NCBI GenBank assembly: GCA_021741945.1
Contig: JAIOWV010000001.1
Coordinates: 1 to 54,604, forward strand
DNA: 54,604 bases
Origin: Pontimonas sp.
GTDB lineage: Bacteria; Actinomycetota; Actinomycetes; Actinomycetales; Microbacteriaceae
Reading direction: 5' to 3'
Part shown: positions 16,096-25,856 of the stretch, piece by piece
How the letters are laid out: each line of letters begins with the position of its first letter
Numbering within the stretch: position 1 is the stretch's first letter
Made by a program: the position numbers and the translations under genes
The notes under the pieces: generated by a model
Database searches by the model: none
What the model was told of the DNA's origin: nothing
Seen by the model: the letters and a program-made list of their open reading frames with translations, nothing else

Positions 16096-17709
16096 CTAGC
16101 TCGAGAATCCAGCAACGCGGCGGGTGCCTAACCTTGCGATGACACCGATAGCAATCAACGCAAAGGCGATGCCCAAGCCTGAGGTCGCGGCCGAGGGGTC
16201 CGCACCGGTGACCGCCAGCTTCCGCTCCACGTTGCCGAGCGGCTCCGACACCGCTGTCACAACCCCGGTTGCCGAGACCGTGAAACTCTGCACGAGGGAC
16301 AATGTGGACGCATCGGGTGCTATGGCGGTCAAAGTCAGGGTATGAGTCCCGGCGGGAAGCGCTGGCATGCGCAACGTGTTCGAGAAGTTCCCCAGTCCAC
16401 TGGCACTTCCGCTATCCAAAGTGTTGGGAGTCGAGCGCACCACCAGTGAGTAGGCCGACCCCCCTCCCAACCCAGTACCCGCAATCTCAACCGGACGTCC
16501 GGAAATCTGATCCCCGACGCTTGCTTTCAAATCAAGGTGAATGGCAGGGCCAGCTGTTGCGCTCGTTCCAGACCCTGAAGAGCCGCCGGATGGAGCAGGA
16601 CAAGGGTTAGCGCTGTATTCCCAGAGGAGGAAGGGATACCCGTCGTTCACCCCGGAACAGATGCCCCAAATCTTGTTTGCACCGGTGTCGAAGGGCTCCC
16701 AGCCGTCAACGATGTTCCAGTTGGCCTGGCTGTATGGTGATCGGGTTTTCATCGTAGTTGAGTCCAACCCTGTGGCCCCAGAAACCTGCCCGCTTCGGTC
16801 TGCGGTCGCAGGTCCGACTGTCGTGTCCCAGAACACACCAGATGCGGTGAGGGTACTAACAGCAACACCAGCGTCCCCGCCGGACGAGGCCGAGTACGAC
16901 CGAGTGACCGTTGCCGAGTTCCAGCCCGAAATTCCACCCTGCAGGGTCGAGCTTCCAGAAAACGCTGCCCGAGCGTAGGAATCAACAATCACCATTCGGT
17001 TGCTCGCCGAGGAGCCCCAGCCGCCAATCCCAGCGGTGACTCCGAAATTGGAGGTGGAAGAAAAAGTGCCTTCATAGGAAGAGTACAAAACGTCCGCGTT
17101 GTACACCTCACCGACTACCCCTCCCGCGTAGTTGCCGGAACGGTAGGTGATGTCCATCTCAACCCGGATTTTTGAAAAAGTAGCTCGGGCATTAGCGGCG
17201 AGAACATAGCCGGCGAGCCCTCCAACTCGAGCGTCGGAGGTATCTATCGTTCCGGCTAGGGTTAGATTCGTAATCGTGACCCCCGTAGGCGCGACACCGC
17301 CAACCAGGCCGAAGAGTCCGACAGCCGTACCAATCTGGTCGCCAATGGACAGACCAGAGATCGTAAAGCCGCCACCGTCATAGGAGCCGGTGAACGGCGC
17401 GACGGTGTCGACGCCGATTGACGTCCACTGGCACCCACCTAAGTCGATGTTTGCCGTTTGGCGGAAGTGCTTGCCCCAATCGGCTGAAGTGGCGGATAGC
17501 AGCGCCAACTGCTGCGGAGTGGCTATCAGGAAGGGGTCTGCTGTAGTTCCGGTCCCTCCCGCGTAGGCGGTTGTGGCGCCCGTTGTCGGGCAGGCCCCCG
17601 TCGCATGTGCCTTACTCGTCGGAGTGACGATCAGACCAACAACAGCCACCACGAAGACCGCGAGGAGAGCTGCAAATCTCTGCAGAGCGGCCCAAGGGAC
17701 GACAGTCAT
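16096..17709 (-). CDS. GLUG-type beta-helical surface protein with an LAxTG sortase signal
   Basis: Signal peptide (SKAHA); GGTGTxxDPFLIATxxQL; VGGLAG/AGGVVG repeats; NDGYPFL; LAVTG + TM + RR tail. Confidence 0.8.
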   Translation of the reverse strand: MTVVPWAALQRFAALLAVFVVAVVGLIVTPTSKAHATGACPTTGATTAYAGGTGTTADPFLIATPQQLALLSATSADWGKHFRQTANIDLGGCQWTSIGVDTVAPFTGSYDGGGFTISGLSIGDQIGTAVGLFGLVGGVAPTGVTITNLTLAGTIDTSDARVGGLAGYVLAANARATFSKIRVEMDITYRSGNYAGGVVGEVYNADVLYSSYEGTFSSTSNFGVTAGIGGWGSSASNRMVIVDSYARAAFSGSSTLQGGISGWNSATVTRSYSASSGGDAGVAVSTLTASGVFWDTTVGPATADRSGQVSGATGLDSTTMKTRSPYSQANWNIVDGWEPFDTGANKIWGICSGVNDGYPFLLWEYSANPCPAPSGGSSGSGTSATAGPAIHLDLKASVGDQISGRPVEIAGTGLGGGSAYSLVVRSTPNTLDSGSASGLGNFSNTLRMPALPAGTHTLTLTAIAPDASTLSLVQSFTVSATGVVTAVSEPLGNVERKLAVTGADPSAATSGLGIAFALIAIGVIARLGTRRVAGFSS

Positions 17710-17797
17710 TGCTTAACCTCCGGCGTGATTGTGATGAGGGTTCGGAACCTCCAACGAACTTCATGTTCTCAACCCGGCGATGAGGCCCGGTTGAAAT

Positions 17798-17813
17798 CGT
17801 CGGTTTCCCGACG
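17798..17813. promoter_or_regulatory. Inverted repeat, candidate site for the adjacent NarL/LuxR regulator
   Basis: CGTCGG-TTTC-CCGACG in the divergent intergenic region. Confidence 0.4.
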
Positions 17814-17899
17814 CCCTTAGCCGAGCCATAAAGCACCCCGTGGACACTGGTCTTGCCACGTTTACTATGGAGAAGACCCGCCCGAGAGAGTTAAATCAG

Positions 17900-18556
17900 A
17901 TGGCTGTTGGACGACGAAGCGTTCTTGTTCTCGATGACGACCGCCTTCTTGCCTCTCTCATTGGGACGATCCTCTCGGAGCGTGGCTTCACATGCTTTGT
18001 GGCGCACACGGTCAGCCAGGCGCGGGCGATCATGAAAAACGAAGAGCTGGATGTCGCTCTCTTGGATGTTCATTTGGGTGACGGCCCATCAGGGATCCAG
18101 CTCGCCAAAGCCATCGAAAGTTCTCAACCTGGTGTGGGCATTGTGTTTTTGTCCAAGACCCCGGACCTGGTCAACGTCTCGGCTGACAAGGGTTCACTTC
18201 CCGCCTCCTATGCGGTGGCGGGAAAAGACAATCTCGACAACACCGACGAATTGGTGGACGCCATTGAATCGGCATTGTCCTCCACGCGCACTCCGATCAA
18301 GCATTCCTCGCTCAAGTCGAGTCCACTCGATAGGTTAACGACCCACCAGCTCTCGATACTGCGCGAGGTTGCAGGTGGCCTCACCAATAAAGCAATCGCT
18401 CAGAACAACGAGGTCACCGAGCGATCAGTGGAGCGCACCCTCCAAGCCATTTTTCTAAAGTTAGGTGTGGCTCCCAGTGACCAGCAGAATCCGCGCGTCG
18501 CCGCAATTCGCGCCTACGTGGATGTCTTTGGCTTCCCCCCACAGAAGAATGTCTAA
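17900..18556 (+). CDS. NarL/LuxR-family response regulator
   Basis: VLDDD, LLDVHLG receiver domain; LTxxQ...GLTNKAIA...IFLKLG HTH. Confidence 0.9.
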   Translation: MAVGRRSVLVLDDDRLLASLIGTILSERGFTCFVAHTVSQARAIMKNEELDVALLDVHLGDGPSGIQLAKAIESSQPGVGIVFLSKTPDLVNVSADKGSLPASYAVAGKDNLDNTDELVDAIESALSSTRTPIKHSSLKSSPLDRLTTHQLSILREVAGGLTNKAIAQNNEVTERSVERTLQAIFLKLGVAPSDQQNPRVAAIRAYVDVFGFPPQKNV

Positions 18557-20267
18557 GAACGCCACCACTGAGTGGATCGACCTACTTGGGCGCCCCTCGA
18601 CCTGGTCCATCTGGGGGCTGATTGTGGCGACCATTGTCGCGACCATTGTCTTCGCATTTGGCAATCTGATGCTCGTAAGGTCACAACCGCTCGTTAGTCT
18701 CGTGGCGAACACGTTTCTTACTCTGGCGGTATTCGCCGTTCTAGCGTTCGCTGCCCGTGGGGTCTCGGGTCGGCTGTCTCAACCGCTTGCTGGGGCCGGG
18801 ATTGGCGTTCTTCTTCTTGGTCTCTCTGCCCTCCGTGGTTATGGCCTGGACTGGGCAATCGGCCTCGCAGGAATTGACGATAATCTGACCGCCGAATTTA
18901 GAGCTGTGGTCAGCGTCAGTGTTTTTGCTCCGGGACTGGTTCTCTCCGTGTTGGTTGTTGGGCTTGTGGGCGAATGGCGACGAAACCAAGCAGCAATTGT
19001 TTCCCTCTCGGACGCGCGCGAGAGAACGGTGGAGACCGTAGAGTCAGCCATCGACGCTTACGCGTCAGAACTCGCGGGCTGGGTGAGGGGTGAGATCGAA
19101 CCGAGGCTTCGGTTGATCCCAAGCCTGGGAACCACGCAGGCGAGACAATCGCTGAAAGACATCGTGAATTCGGTCGTCAGACCGCTCAGCAACTCCCTCC
19201 AAAATCCCAGAGGAGACTTGGTTGCAGCGCCCAAGCCCGGAACGGTGCGAGTTGCGCTGCGCGCCTTTGTGACCCTCGCACTGCAGAGCGCACCGCTTGC
19301 CCCAGGACTCACCGGGCTCATTTTCGGTCTCACACTGTTGCCGAGGAACCTTACTGCGGGCACGCTACTGGAAGGCCTCGCAGCGACGATTGTCCTCAGT
19401 CTTGTGATTGGCTTCGGGGCCACCGGAATAAACGTTGTATCTCGCCGGATTTTCCGCACCCTCTCGGGGTGGACTCATGTGACGCTAATCGGTCTTGGTC
19501 TCGGCGCATTGGGCTCAGTCATTGCCGTGATGTCACAACTGCTCACGTCGTCCTCGCTCGGTTTTGACAACATATTCCTCGTCGGAGTCGCGGCGACCCT
19601 CACGCTCTCTGTGCTTTTAGGTGGGGTGGTGAACGGGGCCCGGTATGTAGCGCGGCAGCGCGAGGAGATTGCGCAACTAGAAAGTGACGTCGAGCGAGAG
19701 CTCTCCGTTGCCCGACGTCTTCAGTGGCAACGCCACAGGGCGCTTGGCAATATGCTCCATGGCCCGCTACAGGCCGCTTTGAACGCCGGCAGTATTCGAC
19801 TGTCCCGCGCCAGAACTGCTCAGGACGTGAGCGACACCAGCAATTGGCTTTCCGAAGAGGTTACGAGGCTTCTCGACCAGATGCCACACCTGGATAACGC
19901 GGGCTCGGATTTGCGTCTGACAATGCAGCGAATCAGAGACACCTGGGAGGGAATCTGCGACATCGAGTGGAACATAGACGATGCGATGGTCGTCTCCCTG
20001 ACTGGGGATGCCCTCGCGGGTTCCATCGCTGACGTCATGGTCGAAGCAGTATTCAATGCCATCAAGCATCAATCACCGGACACCGTGACGGTAGAGCTCG
20101 TCGAGACTGTCCCTGGCCGCATCCGCCTCACCGTGTCACATCCTGGCACCCTGATGCTCGCAGCACGGCCGGGCTTGGGGACGCAGACCTTCGACTCACT
20201 GACCACCTCGTTTAGCTTGCGGGAAGAAGACGGCCAGGTCATTTTTGACGCCCTGTTTGTGCGGTAG
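18549..20267 (+). CDS. Multi-TM sensor histidine kinase-like protein (HisKA_3-like, degenerate ATPase domain)
   Basis: About 8 TM helices in two blocks; LHGPLQ H-box; EAVFNAIKH N-box; PGLG G2; start overlaps the regulator stop. Confidence 0.7.
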   Translation: MSKNATTEWIDLLGRPSTWSIWGLIVATIVATIVFAFGNLMLVRSQPLVSLVANTFLTLAVFAVLAFAARGVSGRLSQPLAGAGIGVLLLGLSALRGYGLDWAIGLAGIDDNLTAEFRAVVSVSVFAPGLVLSVLVVGLVGEWRRNQAAIVSLSDARERTVETVESAIDAYASELAGWVRGEIEPRLRLIPSLGTTQARQSLKDIVNSVVRPLSNSLQNPRGDLVAAPKPGTVRVALRAFVTLALQSAPLAPGLTGLIFGLTLLPRNLTAGTLLEGLAATIVLSLVIGFGATGINVVSRRIFRTLSGWTHVTLIGLGLGALGSVIAVMSQLLTSSSLGFDNIFLVGVAATLTLSVLLGGVVNGARYVARQREEIAQLESDVERELSVARRLQWQRHRALGNMLHGPLQAALNAGSIRLSRARTAQDVSDTSNWLSEEVTRLLDQMPHLDNAGSDLRLTMQRIRDTWEGICDIEWNIDDAMVVSLTGDALAGSIADVMVEAVFNAIKHQSPDTVTVELVETVPGRIRLTVSHPGTLMLAARPGLGTQTFDSLTTSFSLREEDGQVIFDALFVR

Positions 20268-20299
20268 CCAGGGGCATAAATCTGCCAGTGGAGAGCCGG

Positions 20300-20372
20300 G
20301 GCCGCCTGCGGGAATCGAACCCGCGACCTTCTCATTACGAGTGAGACGCTCTACCAACTGAGCTAAGGCGGC
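20300..20372 (-). tRNA. tRNA-Thr(CGT)
   Basis: GCCGCCT acceptor stem, anticodon arm TCTCA-CTCGTAA-TGAGA, GGTTCGATTCC T-loop; CCA not encoded. Confidence 0.97.
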
Positions 20373-20418
20373 AAACCCCTGTCGGGGACCACACAATGCT
20401 AATAGACAAGCAGGTTCT

Positions 20419-20517
20419 TTAGGAGAGCATCCTCGTGTAGAGGGTGCTGGCGATCACTAAGCCCGCAATAATCCACGCCCACAGCGGGACCTTGCCGCGC
20501 CACTTCTCTTCAGCCAT
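20419..20517 (-). CDS. Candidate small single-TM protein (32 aa)
   Basis: Hand translation MAEEKWRGKVPLWAWIIAGLVIASTLYTRMLS; starts 17 nt after the cytochrome b5 gene stop. Confidence 0.4.
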   Translation of the reverse strand: MAEEKWRGKVPLWAWIIAGLVIASTLYTRMLS

Positions 20518-20534
20518 GAGATAACCAATCCGGC

Positions 20535-21329
20535 CTAAGGGGCTGGATCGCCAATCGCTCCGAGAAGGTAGCTCTCAAGAGTTCCCTCGGCTGAGGCTGA
20601 GCCGCCGTGCTGGCCTTCGAACTGAGAGGTGCCATCGATGCCACACAGCCCAAGAATTCGGCTCGCGCCACCGGGGTGGGAAGAAATCCAGTCGGTCAGG
20701 TCATAGACGTTGCCATTGATAACGCTCCAGCAACTGTCTTCCGAATCGTTCATCGCGACCGTCTCCATGCTCAGAACACTGGCGTCGGCACTCGGCGCAG
20801 GCGCCTCCTCAGCTGGAGCCTCTGGCATAGCGGCCTCGTCGGCTGGTCCCACAACCGCGGTGTCAGTCTCTGACACCCGGACGCCCCAGGTGGCATCGGC
20901 GCCCGAGTGGCCGGCAAGAACGGTGATGACGACGGCGACAATGCCGACGATGACGACAATGCCACCGATAACAGCGGCCAGAATCTTTCCACGTGATGAC
21001 GACATGCGAGAAAAGATAAGCCAAATCACTGAAAGAACGGCGAGAGCCACGGCAACCGGGGGAAGCATTTCGCCCCACTCCGAGTGTTCTTCGGCAACGC
21101 CGACCCTCGCCTCAAGTGCTTCACCGGACTGCTCGGCGACGATCGCCGAGAGGGCGCCGATGATGGCTAGGCCAACGGCCGGATAGCGGTAGTTCTGGCG
21201 AAGTCTCGGGAAGGCCACCACAAGAATCAGCAGGACCACGGCCAGCGGTAGCAGGACGACCACGGCGTGGGTCACAAAGACGTGAACTGGAAGACCAGTT
21301 ACCAGATCAAAAACTCCAAGATCGTCCAC
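20535..21329 (-). CDS. DUF2231-like membrane domain fused to a cytochrome b5 heme-binding domain
   Basis: GLPVHVFVTH, four TM, GHSG; CWSVINGNVYDLTDWISSHPGG...FEGQH; TAGAAT -10 6 nt before GTG 21329. Confidence 0.85.
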   Translation of the reverse strand: MDDLGVFDLVTGLPVHVFVTHAVVVLLPLAVVLLILVVAFPRLRQNYRYPAVGLAIIGALSAIVAEQSGEALEARVGVAEEHSEWGEMLPPVAVALAVLSVIWLIFSRMSSSRGKILAAVIGGIVVIVGIVAVVITVLAGHSGADATWGVRVSETDTAVVGPADEAAMPEAPAEEAPAPSADASVLSMETVAMNDSEDSCWSVINGNVYDLTDWISSHPGGASRILGLCGIDGTSQFEGQHGGSASAEGTLESYLLGAIGDPAP

Positions 21330-21353
21330 ACCCAAATTCTACTGAGACGAGCG

Positions 21354-22568
21354 CTACCGGTCGACGCCAGCGAGCTGGCGAACACCAAGCAGCGCCAGTG
21401 CACAGAGAAACACAGCCGACACGATGAACGGATAGACCAGCGCAACGCCAAATCCCTCGACGAGCCCGCCGACCACCACCATTCCCATCGGTGGCCCGCT
21501 GGCAAACAATGCCATCTGGGCTCCGAAGACTCGGCCTTGAACCGAGGGACGGCAGCGCGTTTGCACGAGAGTGTTCAAGAGGGGGCCCATCGGCCCCCAT
21601 GACATACCGACGGCAAGGCCGAAGACCGCCATGACCCACACCGGTGGGAAGAACGCCAGCCCAAACAGCAGCGCCGATGATGACATCGCGCTGGCGAGGA
21701 CAATCGTGCGCAACTTAAAGCGCGCCGCGAGCGGCGCATAGGAGTAAGCGCCAACCACTCCACCCAATGCCATGGCGGAAATCACCACACCAAACCCCCA
21801 CGGGTTATCGATCGACTGGAAGTAGGTGGGAAGGATGACTACTTCGGTGGGCATATAGACAAAGTCAACGAACACAATGAAAGCGGTAATGACCAGCAGG
21901 GCAGTGTCTGCGCGAATCACTCGGAAGCCCTCGATAGCATCCCGCCACCACGCACCAGGCTCTTCCAGACCCTCCTCCCGAACCGTGGTTGCCGCGGAAG
22001 GAATAACCCAGACGGCAATCGAGGCAACGCCAAACAAGACCGTGATCACACCAAAAGACATGATTGTTCCCACCGCACCAATAAGCACGGCGCCGAGCGC
22101 TGGTCCGAGCGCAAAGCCAAGAGCAAAGAGGGCTTCGTGCAACGAGTTTGCCCGCGCCAGACTCACCCCACTGGCCTTGGCGGTGGGTTCAATCAGCGTC
22201 TTGCGCGCGGTGTAACCGGCGGGGTCGAAAATCGCCCCCAGCAGTGCTGCCGCGGCAACAACCCAGAGATCGAGGCGACCGGTCGTGGCAACAGCAGGAA
22301 TCATCAGAACAGAAAGGCCGGAGAGGACATCGGAGAGAATGGAAATCTTTGCCCGACCCACTCGATCAATCAGTAGGCCAGCCAGCGGCGACATCACAAT
22401 TGCCGGAATCGCTGCCAGGGCTGCGACAATTCCCGTGCTGAGCGCAGACCCGGTCAGCTCAAGAACCAGCCAAGGAATGGCAATGAAGGTCATGGCATTT
22501 GCAGAGGCCCCAGCGAAATTGGCGACCTGAAGCAGCACAAAGGGGAGGCGTCTGGCCGGTGGTGTCAC
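21354..22568 (-). CDS. MFS transporter (DHA3/Tap-like)
   Basis: IPWLVLELTGS, GLLIDRVGR motif A, QGRVFG; 12 TM. Confidence 0.88.
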   Translation of the reverse strand: MTPPARRLPFVLLQVANFAGASANAMTFIAIPWLVLELTGSALSTGIVAALAAIPAIVMSPLAGLLIDRVGRAKISILSDVLSGLSVLMIPAVATTGRLDLWVVAAAALLGAIFDPAGYTARKTLIEPTAKASGVSLARANSLHEALFALGFALGPALGAVLIGAVGTIMSFGVITVLFGVASIAVWVIPSAATTVREEGLEEPGAWWRDAIEGFRVIRADTALLVITAFIVFVDFVYMPTEVVILPTYFQSIDNPWGFGVVISAMALGGVVGAYSYAPLAARFKLRTIVLASAMSSSALLFGLAFFPPVWVMAVFGLAVGMSWGPMGPLLNTLVQTRCRPSVQGRVFGAQMALFASGPPMGMVVVGGLVEGFGVALVYPFIVSAVFLCALALLGVRQLAGVDR

Positions 22569-22593
22569 GGGCCAATGGTAGTCGCAGGCGCTC

Positions 22594-24084
22594 CTACGAA
22601 CTGCAGATCAGCCCGTCTTCTGGCAGGTCACCAGTAAGAAAGTACTGCTCGACGGCATCGTTGATGCAGGCAGAGTCCTTGTTATAGGCGAGGTGGCCCT
22701 CGGCCTCCAGGGTCAGGTGACGGGCTTGGCCCAGCTGTTCCGCGAGAGACAGCGACCAGTTATAGGGAGTAGCGGGATCACCGGTGGTGCCGATAACGAG
22801 GACAGGGTTTGCCCCTTCGCCACTGACCGGACCCTTCACAAGACGGGGTGGGAAGGGCCAGTTCTGGCACACCAGGTCGCCGTAACCACTGGGCCTTGCC
22901 GTATACGGGGCAACCTCTCGTAATTGCTCACCCTGGGCAGCAATCACCTCCGGGTCGTATTCGACGGGGTAATCAAGACAGTTGATGGCGATGAAGGCCT
23001 CCATCGAGTTGTCCTGATAGACGCCGTCTTGGCGGTCGTAGTAGAAATCGACCAAGAAAATTGCCGTATCGGTCAGTCCCTGCTCCACCTCAACAAAGAG
23101 CTGGGTCAAGTAGCTCCAGTTTTGTTGCGAGTAGAGAGTCGTCACCATCGCGGTACGGAGCATCGAGTGATCCACCAAGCGACCATCGCTGTGTCGGAGG
23201 GGGTCTTCCTCGAGACGGTCATAGAGCTTAGACACCGAGGCCAATTGGGCATCGCGGTCACCCTCAAAAGGACACATGCCCATCTCGATGCAGTAGTCCA
23301 CATAGGCCATCAGGGCTTCTTCGAAGCCCCGGTATTGATTCAGCACGAGATCAAACTGGCTTGCTGCGGGGTCCACTGGGCCATCCAAAACAAGTCGTCC
23401 CACGTTCTCGGGGAACGTATCTATATAGAGCGCGCCAATCAAGGTTCCATAGGAGTAGCCCAGGTAGTTGAGCTGATCATCGCCGAGAAGGTGCCGCAAT
23501 AGATCCAGGTCACGAACGGTCGACATTGTGTCTACGTATTGAAGGAGCTCCCCGGTGTGCTCCAGGCACTCGGTACCAAAGCGAATGGACTCGTCCAGGA
23601 GTTCCTGTTCCCACTCGGGAGTGTCAGGTTCCGCCTCGAGCTCTCCGAAGAAGAAGTAATCAAGGTCCGCATCACTCGTGGCGCAGGACACTGGTGTCGA
23701 CTCGTTCACGCCACGCGGATCCCAGCCGACAATGTCGAAAGATTCACGTAGCGCTGCCCCCACCGCAAAATCCACAGAATCACGAACGAAGGTGAAGCCA
23801 CTGGCCCCTGGGCCACCCGGGTTAACGAGTAGCGAGCCCTGCGCTTCACCGGTGGCTTGATGTCTGGAGAGAGCAAGCTCAATGTCCTGCCCGGCTTCCA
23901 GGTCGTCCCAGTTCAGCGGCGCCAGAACGGTCGCGCACTCGGCGCCCGAGTCGCAGTCCTCCCACTCGATCTCCTGGTCAAAGTAGTAGGACCTGGCGTC
24001 GACGGGTGCGGCCGGTTCGCTCGAGCAGCCGGCAATAAGCACTAAGCCCGCGGCGACAGCCGCTGCTAGAGCGATGCGCCTCAT
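22594..24084 (-). CDS. TAP-like alpha/beta-hydrolase peptidase lipoprotein
   Basis: LIAGC lipobox, NPGGPG, DPRGV, GYSYG, DPATP, EGH. Confidence 0.9.
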   Translation of the reverse strand: MRRIALAAAVAAGLVLIAGCSSEPAAPVDARSYYFDQEIEWEDCDSGAECATVLAPLNWDDLEAGQDIELALSRHQATGEAQGSLLVNPGGPGASGFTFVRDSVDFAVGAALRESFDIVGWDPRGVNESTPVSCATSDADLDYFFFGELEAEPDTPEWEQELLDESIRFGTECLEHTGELLQYVDTMSTVRDLDLLRHLLGDDQLNYLGYSYGTLIGALYIDTFPENVGRLVLDGPVDPAASQFDLVLNQYRGFEEALMAYVDYCIEMGMCPFEGDRDAQLASVSKLYDRLEEDPLRHSDGRLVDHSMLRTAMVTTLYSQQNWSYLTQLFVEVEQGLTDTAIFLVDFYYDRQDGVYQDNSMEAFIAINCLDYPVEYDPEVIAAQGEQLREVAPYTARPSGYGDLVCQNWPFPPRLVKGPVSGEGANPVLVIGTTGDPATPYNWSLSLAEQLGQARHLTLEAEGHLAYNKDSACINDAVEQYFLTGDLPEDGLICSS

Positions 24085-25226
24085 GAGCTCACCGCGGGGA
24101 TTCGACCGCTGACCTGGATCAACAGCGACTCAAGCACCAGCAAGGGAGGCGAATTGTTCGACATCCGGACTCTCGCCTGGTTCACCGCGTCCAGAGCCGA
24201 CAACGTCACAGAGGATGTGCTGCTTGCAGCACGATTCTCGATGGCTGGGATGTGACGCTGGTTCACCAGCTCAACACCGGCTCCGACCTGAAGCATCAGA
24301 ACGTCGCGCAGCACCGACATCACATCAACAAGAATCCGGTCCACCGCATCCCTCAGACTGCGAGTGGAGCGACGCTTTTGATCTTCTTCCAGTGCTTTGA
24401 CATGCGAGCGCAGTGCAGGCGGGATTGCTCCACCTGGTTGCAGCCCCAGGGATTTCAAGAGCGCATCGCGCTCATCCGAATCCTGCTTAGTCACCAAGGC
24501 GTCAGCATCGCTTTTCGCGAGGTCCAAGAGTGTTGCTGCCGCCGCCATTGCTTGTGACACAGAACCAATGCCCAGCACCGCTGCCACATAGGCGTCGCGC
24601 CGGCGACGGGATTCTTCATCGGTGGCCAACCGCGTTGCCATCCCGATGTGACTCTGTGCTTCCCTGGCGGCCACCAGAGCGCTGTCCTCGTCAACACCCT
24701 CACGCGCAGTTATCAGGGCCGCAACATCGTGAACGCTCGGAACTTGCAGGGTGATGCTTCTCATGCGGGAGCGAATTGTGGGCAACACATCAGCGGGGCT
24801 TGGAGCACACAGGATCCAGACGGTCTGCGGGGGTGGTTCCTCGAGCGCCTTGAGCAAGACATTGGAGGTCCGCTCAGTCATCCGGTCGGCGTCTTCAATA
24901 ACGACAACCCGGTAGTTCGCTGTGGAGGGAGAGAAATAGGAAAAGGAGACAAGAGCTCGGACTTCATCAATCGTGATAGTGACCCGATCAGTGGCAAGGA
25001 TAGAGACGTCGGGGTGAGCGCCAGCGACAACCTGGGCAGAGCGCACCGGATCGCTACCAACGCCGAGGAGTTCGGCGGCAAAGGCATGGGCAAGCGTTGA
25101 TCGCCCGGAACCGGGAGGCCCCGTAATCAACCACGCGTGAGTCATCGCCGCAGAGCCTGGTCTAGCGGCTTCTTTCATCAGGGAAATCGCGTGGTCTTGG
25201 CCAACGAGCTCATCCCAGAGGGTCAT
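24081..25226 (-). CDS. holB: DNA polymerase III subunit delta'
   Basis: HAWLITGPPGSGRS, HPDV, NVLLKALEEPP, PTIRSR; follows tmk. Confidence 0.93.
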   Translation of the reverse strand: MTLWDELVGQDHAISLMKEAARPGSAAMTHAWLITGPPGSGRSTLAHAFAAELLGVGSDPVRSAQVVAGAHPDVSILATDRVTITIDEVRALVSFSYFSPSTANYRVVVIEDADRMTERTSNVLLKALEEPPPQTVWILCAPSPADVLPTIRSRMRSITLQVPSVHDVAALITAREGVDEDSALVAAREAQSHIGMATRLATDEESRRRRDAYVAAVLGIGSVSQAMAAAATLLDLAKSDADALVTKQDSDERDALLKSLGLQPGGAIPPALRSHVKALEEDQKRRSTRSLRDAVDRILVDVMSVLRDVLMLQVGAGVELVNQRHIPAIENRAASSTSSVTLSALDAVNQARVRMSNNSPPLLVLESLLIQVSGRIPAVSS

Positions 25227-25235
25227 AGGCCCAGG

Positions 25236-25856
25236 CTAGCCGACCAGGTCTGACACGCGCTTAGTGATTGCCTCGTGGATGGACTCCACCGACGCCGTGC
25301 CATCGAGAACCAGGAAACGATCGGGTTCGGCCTTGGCAAGCGCGAGATAGCTCTCCCGCACTCGCTGGTGGAAGTCCTCAGCTTCAGCTTCGAGACGATC
25401 AAAACGGCGGTCGTCCTCGATTTGGCGGGCTTTAGCGACGTCTGCGGGAACATCGAGCAAAACCGTGAGGTGCGGCATCAGGCGCTCGGTCGCCCAGAGA
25501 GAGAGCTCACGCACTTCGGTCGCGTCGAGGACGCGACCGGCGCCCTGATAGGCCACCGAAGAATCGAAATAGCGGTCTTGGACCACAATCTCGCCGCGCT
25601 CGAGAGCTGGGCGAACCAACGTATATATATGGTGCGAGCGATCGGCTGCATAGAGAAGTGCTTCTGCCCTCGGCGCAATAAAGCCGGTGCTGTGCAGAAT
25701 GATGTCGCGCAACTCGTTGCCGAGATCTGTTCCGCCTGGCTCCCTGGTGACAACGACGGTGTGACCCTTATCGGCCAGCCATTGCTGGAGCAGACCAATC
25801 TGCGTTGTCTTGCCCGAGCCGTCACCGCCCTCGAAGGTGATGAATACGCCGGCCAT
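25236..25856 (-). CDS. tmk: Thymidylate kinase
   Basis: FITFEGGDGSGKTTQ, TREPGG, DRYFDSSVAYQG. Confidence 0.97.
   Translation of the reverse strand: MAGVFITFEGGDGSGKTTQIGLLQQWLADKGHTVVVTREPGGTDLGNELRDIILHSTGFIAPRAEALLYAADRSHHIYTLVRPALERGEIVVQDRYFDSSVAYQGAGRVLDATEVRELSLWATERLMPHLTVLLDVPADVAKARQIEDDRRFDRLEAEAEDFHQRVRESYLALAKAEPDRFLVLDGTASVESIHEAITKRVSDLVG

Larger units (their letters stand above)
16053..20324. mobile_element. tRNA-Thr-anchored genomic islet without an integrase
   Basis: Bounded by 26-bp direct repeats; carries three genes; no recombinase inside. Confidence 0.65.
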
